From Anaeromyxobacteraceae bacterium (GTDB lineage: Bacteria > Myxococcota > Myxococcia > Myxococcales > Anaeromyxobacteraceae), in NCBI GenBank assembly GCA_032654565.1, contig JAULAX010000005.1, forward strand, positions 32,001-96,000: 64,000 nucleotides of DNA. Direction: 5' to 3'. Positions within the stretch are counted from its first letter, which is position 1; the number at the start of each line of letters is the position of its first letter. Under the pieces are notes generated by a model. It had not been told where the DNA came from and did not search any database. It saw only the letters and a list, made by a program, of their open reading frames with translations. The translations under genes and the position numbers were made by a program. Below are positions 56,816-64,000 of this stretch, in pieces.

Positions 56816-57244
56816 ATGACCACCTTCCGCCGCTTCACCGCCGTCGCCGCCCTGATCAGCGCCACCGCGTTCGCGCCTGCCTTGGCCGCCGCGGACGACC
56901 ACAGAGACCGGGACGACCGCGGCCGGTACGGCGAGCGCGACGACCGCCGAGACCGCCACGCCCCCCCCGTGGCTCCGCCGGGGTGGTCGGAGCGCGATGA
57001 CCTGGGCTGGAGCGGGCCGGGTCGGTACGGCGGCGGCTGGGAGCGGGGCGAGCGGCGCTGGCACCTGCTGCAGGCTCGCGCTGTCCGGCACTCGCTGTTC
57101 GAGCTCGACCGGGAGCGCGCCGACTTCTACGCGCGCAACGGCGGGCGCCCCTGGCTGGTGGCCCGGTACGACCAGGCCTGGTTCGCGCGCCGCGTCGAGC
57201 TGGAGCGCCGGCTGGAGTGGCTCCGGGCGACGGCGCGGAGGTGA
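56816..57244 (+). CDS. Secreted Arg/Asp/Trp-rich hypothetical protein
   Basis: GAGGAG SD, signal peptide ending ALAAA, DDHRDRDDR low-complexity region. Confidence 0.7.
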   Translation: MTTFRRFTAVAALISATAFAPALAAADDHRDRDDRGRYGERDDRRDRHAPPVAPPGWSERDDLGWSGPGRYGGGWERGERRWHLLQARAVRHSLFELDRERADFYARNGGRPWLVARYDQAWFARRVELERRLEWLRATARR

Positions 57245-57295
57245 GGATGACCCTGCTTCCGGGGGAGCATTCGAGATCATCGCCATCCTCGCCAT

Positions 57296-57408
57296 CCTGA
57301 CCGAGGGTTCCGCGGTTCGTCCGGCCCGGCCGCGGCGCGGACACCCCGAAACGGCGCCCGTCGCGTAAGTCACCGATATGACTTGGTGGTCGATTACTCT
57401 CGGTCAGG
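57296..57408. repeat. Intergenic repeat family copy 3, 113 bp with terminal inverted repeats (MITE/REP-like)
   Basis: Left end CCTGACCGAG(GG), right end (CT)CTCGGTCAGG (10/10, 11/12). Internal palindrome AAGTCA-N6-TGACTT. First 18 bp identical to 4310 and 5336. Confidence 0.7.
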
Positions 57409-57474
57409 GCGCACAGGGTGCACCGTCACGCCTCTCCGGTTCGAGTACCCGCCGACGAAGTGAACCGGCGCGGC

Positions 57475-58089
57475 TCAGCGGCGCTGACCGTGGTCGGGCT
57501 GGTGGTGCCTGTCGCGGCCGTGGTCGCCGTGGCGCGGCGGGCGGCGCTGGTGCGGCTCCCGGCCCGCGTCGTCGTCGGCGTCCTCGTCCTCATCGCCCGC
57601 CGGCGTCGGCGGGGGCGGGGGCGGCGGCGCCACCACCACCGCGTGGCAGTAGTTGATCGAGCCCTCCCCCGCGAAGCACCAGTCATTGACGTAGGCCGAG
57701 ACCCCGGCCACCTGGTAGCTCCCGCCCGGGTTGAAGTCCTCGGCCAGGGGCGTGCCGGTGGGGCCGCAGTTCTCCGAGCTGCCGAACCTGGAGTACCAGC
57801 CGAGGTGGTCCACCTCGGTGGCGCTGGTCGAGCAGGCCCAGTCGGCGCTGGCGCCGCCGAAGAGCAGCGCGCAGGCCTGCAGGCAGCTGTAGGCGGTGGC
57901 CGTGCTCCACTCCGGGCCGGCGCCGACGTCGAAGGACTGCGGGGCGAGGAGGACGGCGACCGCGGCCGCGGCCACCGGCCCGGCGGGGGCGGCGGCCTCC
58001 GGCGCCGACGGCTCGCCGACCGGAGCGGTCGCCCCACACCCCACGGTCACCAGCACCGACAACGCCACCACCACGGAACGAACGCGCAT
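57475..58089 (-). CDS. Cys-rich lipoprotein with Pro/acidic/His tail
   Basis: Lipobox VTVGC, domain GP.W..YSC..ACALLFGG...SAYVND..NYC, GGAGG SD. Confidence 0.7.
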   Translation of the reverse strand: MRVRSVVVALSVLVTVGCGATAPVGEPSAPEAAAPAGPVAAAAVAVLLAPQSFDVGAGPEWSTATAYSCLQACALLFGGASADWACSTSATEVDHLGWYSRFGSSENCGPTGTPLAEDFNPGGSYQVAGVSAYVNDWCFAGEGSINYCHAVVVAPPPPPPPTPAGDEDEDADDDAGREPHQRRPPRHGDHGRDRHHQPDHGQRR

Positions 58090-58374
58090 GAGCGCCTCCC
58101 AGGACCATCCCCTAGAGCAAGGGGAAGACCAGCGGGCCTGGCCGGCTCACCGGCGCCGGGGCCGGGCGTCGGGCGGGTCGGGCATCACGGGCAACCGGCT
58201 CAATTGACGGTCGGTTCTGGCCCGGATCCCGGTGGGGGCGTGGGCCCACCGGCCTGCCGCCCCGCGGCGCCCGGCCCGGAGTCGCCGCCCACCCAGGGTC
58301 AGGTCCCGCCCGGCCCACCCACCCCGCTTCGGTCCCTCGGCGGGTGGCGGCGGCCCGCTCGGCGGAGCCGGAGC

Positions 58375-59076
58375 TCAGGGGTTGAATCGGTAGCCCACGC
58401 CGCGCACCGTCTCCAGGTGGCGCGGGGCGTCGGCGTCGTCGTCGATGTGGGCCCGCAGCCGGGCCACGAAGTTGTCGACGGTCCGGGCGGTGCCGAAGTA
58501 GCGCGAACCCCAGACCGCCTCCATGAGCTGCTCGCGCGAGAAGACCCGGTCCGGGTGGCTGACCAGGTAGAGGAGCAGGTCGAACTCGCGGGTGGTCAGC
58601 TCCAGGGCCCGGCCGTGGGCGGTGGCGCGGCGCGCCACCAGGTCGATCTCCACCGGCCCGGCCTTCTTGACGCTGCGGACCTCGCCGGTCTCGCCCTTGA
58701 CCCGGCGGCGGCGCAGCAGCGCCCCGATGCGGGCCAGCAGCTCCTTCAGGCTGAAGGGCTTCACCATGTAGTCGTCGGCGCCGAGCTGCAGCCCGGCCAC
58801 CTTGTCGGTCTCCTGCCCCTTGGCGGAGAGGATCAGGACCGGCAGGTCGGCGTCGTCGCGCCGCAGCTCGCGGATCAGCTCCAGCCCGCCGAGGCGCGGC
58901 AGCATCACGTCCACCACCAGCAGGTCGAAGCGCTCGGCCCGGGCCAGCTGCAGCCCGGTCTCGCCGTCGCTGGCGGAGCGGACCGCGTACCCCTCCATGG
59001 TCAGGTTGAGCTGCAGGCCGCGCAGGATCGAGGGATCGTCCTCGATGACCAGGATGCGCTCGCTGGTCGGGCTCAC
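58375..59076 (-). CDS. OmpR/PhoB-family response regulator
   Basis: IEDD, DVMLP, GADDYMVKPF, LTTREFDLL, RTVDNF..LR, TVRGVGYRF. Confidence 0.95.
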   Translation of the reverse strand: MSPTSERILVIEDDPSILRGLQLNLTMEGYAVRSASDGETGLQLARAERFDLLVVDVMLPRLGGLELIRELRRDDADLPVLILSAKGQETDKVAGLQLGADDYMVKPFSLKELLARIGALLRRRRVKGETGEVRSVKKAGPVEIDLVARRATAHGRALELTTREFDLLLYLVSHPDRVFSREQLMEAVWGSRYFGTARTVDNFVARLRAHIDDDADAPRHLETVRGVGYRFNP

Positions 59077-59966
59077 GTGAGGGGCTCCGCGGCCGGCAGG
59101 GTGATGGTGAAGGCCGCCCCCTGGCCCACCTCCGAGCGGACCGCGATCTTGCCGCGGTGGGCGCCGACGATGTGCTTGACCATGGCCAGCCCCAGCCCCG
59201 AGCCCTCGATGGTCCGCTGCAGCGGATCCCGGGCCCGGTAGAACTTCTCGAAGATCCGCTTCTGCTCCGGGGCGGCGATGCCCGGCCCGTTGTCGGCCAC
59301 GGTGATCACCACCGCCGGCCCGCTGCGAGCCGCGCTGACGGTGATCCGCTTGTCCGGGCCGGTGTACTTGTGGGCGTTGTAGAGCAGGTCGAGCAGGGCG
59401 CCGCTGAGCGCCTCGCGGTCGGCCACCACCTCGGGGAGGTCGGGCGGGAGCTCGCGGGTGAGCGCCACCGGGTGGGAGAGCCGCATGGGCTCGAAGGCGT
59501 GGAGGGCGTCCTCGACGATGGGGGCGAGGGGCTGGCGCTGCAGGTCGAAGCGGCGACGCCCCGACTCCATGCGGGCCCAGTCGAGCAGCCGGTTGATGTG
59601 GGCGGAGAGGCGGGCCGTCTCCTCGGCGATGATCTCCAGCGCCTCGGCGCGGCGCACCTCGTCGGTGAGCCGCCCCATCTGCAGGGTCTCGACGAACATC
59701 CGGATCGAGGTGAGCGGGGTGCGCAGGTCGTGTGAGACCTTGTTGACGAAGTCGGTCTGCAGGCGGGCCACCCGGGCCTCGCGCTGCACCACGATGAGGG
59801 TGGCGGCGCTGCCGGCCACCGTGGTGGCCACCAGGGTGAGGATCAGGGCGCCGAAGACGTAGTCGCGCGGCGCCGCGCCGAAGACCAGGATCAGCACCCC
59901 CACCGTCAGCATCAGGGCCGCGGGGATGAAGACGAAGCCGATGATCAGGGGCAGGACGCGGCGCAC
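59073..59966 (-). CDS. Small 2-TM sensor histidine kinase (PhoR-like)
   Basis: Two TM helices, VSHDLRTPLTSI, NAHKY, DNGPG, IFEKFYR, GSGLGL. GTG start at 59966 preferred. Confidence 0.9.
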   Translation of the reverse strand: MRRVLPLIIGFVFIPAALMLTVGVLILVFGAAPRDYVFGALILTLVATTVAGSAATLIVVQREARVARLQTDFVNKVSHDLRTPLTSIRMFVETLQMGRLTDEVRRAEALEIIAEETARLSAHINRLLDWARMESGRRRFDLQRQPLAPIVEDALHAFEPMRLSHPVALTRELPPDLPEVVADREALSGALLDLLYNAHKYTGPDKRITVSAARSGPAVVITVADNGPGIAAPEQKRIFEKFYRARDPLQRTIEGSGLGLAMVKHIVGAHRGKIAVRSEVGQGAAFTITLPAAEPLT

Positions 59967-60072
59967 GGGGGCTACCCTACCATCGCCCTCCGGCGGGTGG
60001 ACCGGCCGGGTGCCCGGCCTCGCGCCCCTGGCGACGGCCGCGGGCGACGACCGGGGAGTCATGCGCCGCGCC

Positions 60073-61419
<1,347 letters not shown>

Positions 61420-61682
61420 CCAGCATCCTCATCGGGACCGCACCATCGCCCGGTCCGGGCTGGTGAACGGCCCTGCCGGAGGCTGTGACATGCAGGATCC
61501 GTTCGCGGGTGGTCCCGCCCCGGCCACCCGAGGACAGCTGGAACGTCGGCCACTTCCGGCGCGGACGGGTCGGGCCAGGTGCGCCGCGGCATGGGTGGAG
61601 CGTGCCCCGCGGGTGCGCCCGGCCCCATCCGGCACCCATCCGCCGGCACCCATCCCCCACGACGGCGGAGCCGCTCAGCCGC

Positions 61683-61889
61683 TCAGCCGCGCAGGCGCCC
61701 CGGCCTGCCCAGCAGGCGCGCCGGCAGGAGGAGCACCGCGCCGAGGAACCCGAACACGCCGTCGACCGCCGCGCCCAGCAGCCGGAACGGCAGCAGCAGC
61801 AGCCAGACCAGCGGGTAGAGGACCAGGGCCAGCAGGGCCAGCGGCCAGCTGACCACCAGGAGCAGGAGCCAGAGCAGGAAGGTGACCAT
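61683..61889 (-). CDS. Small hydrophobic membrane protein
   Basis: MVTFLLWLLLLVVSWPLALLALVLYPLVWLLLLPFRL... with a TAGGAT box 8 nt upstream. Confidence 0.75.
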   Translation of the reverse strand: MVTFLLWLLLLVVSWPLALLALVLYPLVWLLLLPFRLLGAAVDGVFGFLGAVLLLPARLLGRPGRLRG

Positions 61890-61953
61890 GATCGGTGATC
61901 CTACGCCCGCCCCGTGCCGATATTCCCGCGCCCCGGCCCGCGGCGGCCCCGCC

Positions 61954-63465
61954 TCACCGCCTCGCGCCCTCAGGCCCCTCCAGCCCGTACTTCCGCGGGT
62001 TCCCGCACACCACCGCCGCCGCCAGCACCCGGGGGACGTAGTCCATGGTCTCGCGGGGCAGCCGGCGCAGGCGGTAGAGGTGCCAGAAGTCGCGCTTCTC
62101 CTTGCGGAAGCCGTCCTTCTCCTGCGCCACCTGGAGCAGCACCCGCCGCACCCCGGCCTCGCCGCTGTTGTAGCTGGCCATGGCCAGCATGAAGGAGTCG
62201 GACCCGAACACCGAGAGCAGGCTGGCCAGCTTGGCGGCGGCGGCCCGGGTCTGCTTCTCCACGTCGAGCCGCTCGTCGACCTGGTCGTCGACCCGCAGCC
62301 CCAGCTCCCGGGCGGTGCCGGCGGTCATCTGCCACATGCCCCGGGCCCCGGCCGGCGAGGTCTTCTCGGCGTCGAACTGGGTCTCGGCCCAGGCGATGTA
62401 GGCCATCTCCTCGGGCAGGCCGAGCCGGGAGAAGGCCTCGGTGATGGCCGGCCAGTGGCGGTTGCGGCGCCCGTAGACGAACTTGAGGTTCCCGGCCCGG
62501 GCCAGCACCTCCACCTCGCGCCGCAGGGTCTCCCGGAAGAGGGGCGGGATGGCGTAGGTGGGGGCGTCGAACTTGGCCAGGATCCGCCGGATGGCCAGCT
62601 CCAGCTCGTCGCCCTCGTTGCGCAGCGCCTCGGCGCGGGAGCGATCCTGCAGGGCCACCTCGCCGATGGTGTTCTGGGCGTTGCCGGTGAGCTGGGCCAG
62701 CCGCTGCTCCAGCTCGGCCAGCCGCGTCTCCTCGGTCTCCTGCTCCATGGCCCGCTGCACCTGCTCGATCTCGCGGTCCAGGGCCGTCTTGCGCGACACC
62801 AGCGCCTCGATCTCCTGGCGCTGCTTCCAGATGACCACGCCCATGCCGGCCGCCACCAGCAGGCCCAGCCCGCCCACCGCCGCCACCACCTTGAGCCACT
62901 TGCGGCTGGAGCGCTGCTGCACCGCCGCCACCGCGGCGGCCATGATCCCCATGGTCTGCCCGGAGCTGCGGCCGCCGGCCTTGGCGCGCTCGGCGGCCAC
63001 CCGGTGCGCGGCCTCGCCGGCCACCCGCGCCGCCGAGGTGTCGCCGCGGCGCCCCAGGGCCTCGGCCACCTCGGCGATGGCCCGGGGGGCGGCCTGGCTG
63101 GAGATGGCCCGGGTGGCGTGGCGCGGGTCGGGCGTCGCCGACGAGGATCGCCGGGGCTCCCCGAGCGCGTCGACCCGGAGCACCACGCCGTCCTCGCCGC
63201 CCAGCCGCAGCAGGTCTCCGGGCTGGAGCGGCTGCTTGACCACCGCCCGGCCGTTGACGCTGGTGCCGTTGGTCGAGCCGGTGTCGATGACCAGGTGCGA
63301 CCCCTCCTCGACGACGATCTCGGCGTGGTGGCTGGAGACCGTCAGGTCCTGCTCGCCGTCGAAGCGGACGTCGCAGTCCTCCGACCGGCCCAGGCGGATG
63401 ACCGCCTGCTCCAGCCGGAGCTGCTGGCCCTGGCGGGCCCCGGTGAGGATGGTGAGCTGGACCAT
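61954..63465 (-). CDS. FHA - TM - coiled coil - lytic transglycosylase (SLT/MltD-like) fusion
   Basis: FHA motifs LGR, VSSHHA, STNGT. One TM helix. SLT motifs AETQF, GARGMWQ, ASYNSGE, ETMDYVP. Confidence 0.88.
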   Translation of the reverse strand: MVQLTILTGARQGQQLRLEQAVIRLGRSEDCDVRFDGEQDLTVSSHHAEIVVEEGSHLVIDTGSTNGTSVNGRAVVKQPLQPGDLLRLGGEDGVVLRVDALGEPRRSSSATPDPRHATRAISSQAAPRAIAEVAEALGRRGDTSAARVAGEAAHRVAAERAKAGGRSSGQTMGIMAAAVAAVQQRSSRKWLKVVAAVGGLGLLVAAGMGVVIWKQRQEIEALVSRKTALDREIEQVQRAMEQETEETRLAELEQRLAQLTGNAQNTIGEVALQDRSRAEALRNEGDELELAIRRILAKFDAPTYAIPPLFRETLRREVEVLARAGNLKFVYGRRNRHWPAITEAFSRLGLPEEMAYIAWAETQFDAEKTSPAGARGMWQMTAGTARELGLRVDDQVDERLDVEKQTRAAAAKLASLLSVFGSDSFMLAMASYNSGEAGVRRVLLQVAQEKDGFRKEKRDFWHLYRLRRLPRETMDYVPRVLAAAVVCGNPRKYGLEGPEGARR

Positions 63466-63546
63466 GCGGCGTGCGGAACGCTCCCACGCCGGGTGGGCGC
63501 ACCGCAAGCGAGCTTCGACGGCTCCAGGCCCGGGGCGGGCCGCCGC

Positions 63547-64000
63547 TCAGTGGAAGGTGGCGCCGGTGCGGGCCTTCTCGAGGAGCAGCGGGGCCGGGGC
63601 GAACCGCTCGCCGTGCTCCTGGCGCAGCCGCTCCAGCTTCTCCACCACCACCCGGGCCCCCATGGCGTCGGCCAGCCGGAACGGGCCGCCGCGGAAGGGC
63701 GGGAAGCCGATGCCGAAGACCGCGCCGATGTCGCCGTCGCGCGGGGTGCGGATGACCCCGTCGCCGAGGCTGCGGGCCGCCTCGTTGACCAGCGCCAGCA
63801 CCAGCCGCTCCGCCATCTCGACGCGCGGGAAGCGCTTGCGGCTCCGTCCGCCGGGGAGCAGGTCGTAGACGCTGCCGTCCACCACCTTCTTCTTCCCCTC
63901 GCCGTAGGTGTAGAAGCCCTTGCCGTTCTTGCGCCCCAGCCGGCCCGACTGCAGCACCAGCCCGAGGGCGTCGGGCGGCTTCATGCGGTCGCCGTAGCCG
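63547..64000 (-). CDS. fadJ: Fatty-acid oxidation complex alpha subunit, 3' end (partial)
   Basis: GRLGRKNGKGFY, NEAAR, DGDIGAVFGIGFPPFRGGPF. Confidence 0.85.
   Translation of the reverse strand, partial: GYGDRMKPPDALGLVLQSGRLGRKNGKGFYTYGEGKKKVVDGSVYDLLPGGRSRKRFPRVEMAERLVLALVNEAARSLGDGVIRTPRDGDIGAVFGIGFPPFRGGPFRLADAMGARVVVEKLERLRQEHGERFAPAPLLLEKARTGATFH

Noticed and set aside
58192..58216. Imperfect palindrome around TCAATTGA upstream of the Cys-rich lipoprotein
   Set aside because: Single occurrence with asymmetric arms and no match to a regulator consensus I can name. Too weak to call.

Overview
Very GC-rich (visually about 75%) bacterial chromosomal segment. Gene content points to a myxobacterium of the Anaeromyxobacter type (inference): a TIGR04551-like outer-membrane protein, a zinc-ribbon/GYF/TPR protein, AgmX/TonB-C-like domains and many signalling genes. 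It is mostly housekeeping: rnz, fsa, kdsD, folK, argH-lipoprotein-lysA, dapA-dapB, mce, spmAB, hslO, a stand-alone nuoLMN, selA, selB and a partial fadJ. These are interleaved with signalling modules: two diguanylate cyclases (one hemerythrin-fused), a PAS/multi-GAF kinase plus sigma54 activator with a visible sigma54 promoter just downstream, an OmpR-type pair and a cNMP-binding protein. No rRNA, tRNA, CRISPR array, transposase, integrase or prophage was recognised. The most notable unexplained features are: (i) a ~90-115 bp intergenic repeat family placed just after stop codons, with terminal inverted repeats in one copy and an IHF-like core; (ii) a ~140 nt rod-like structured intergenic RNA candidate; (iii) recurring extended -10 boxes 6-9 nt before start codons, suggesting leaderless mRNAs; (iv) an FHA-TM-lytic transglycosylase fusion; (v) a repeat-containing insertion in SelA; (vi) a small membrane-protein ORF and candidate non-canonical starts missed by the ORF track. 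All family calls come from motif recognition by eye, with no database search.
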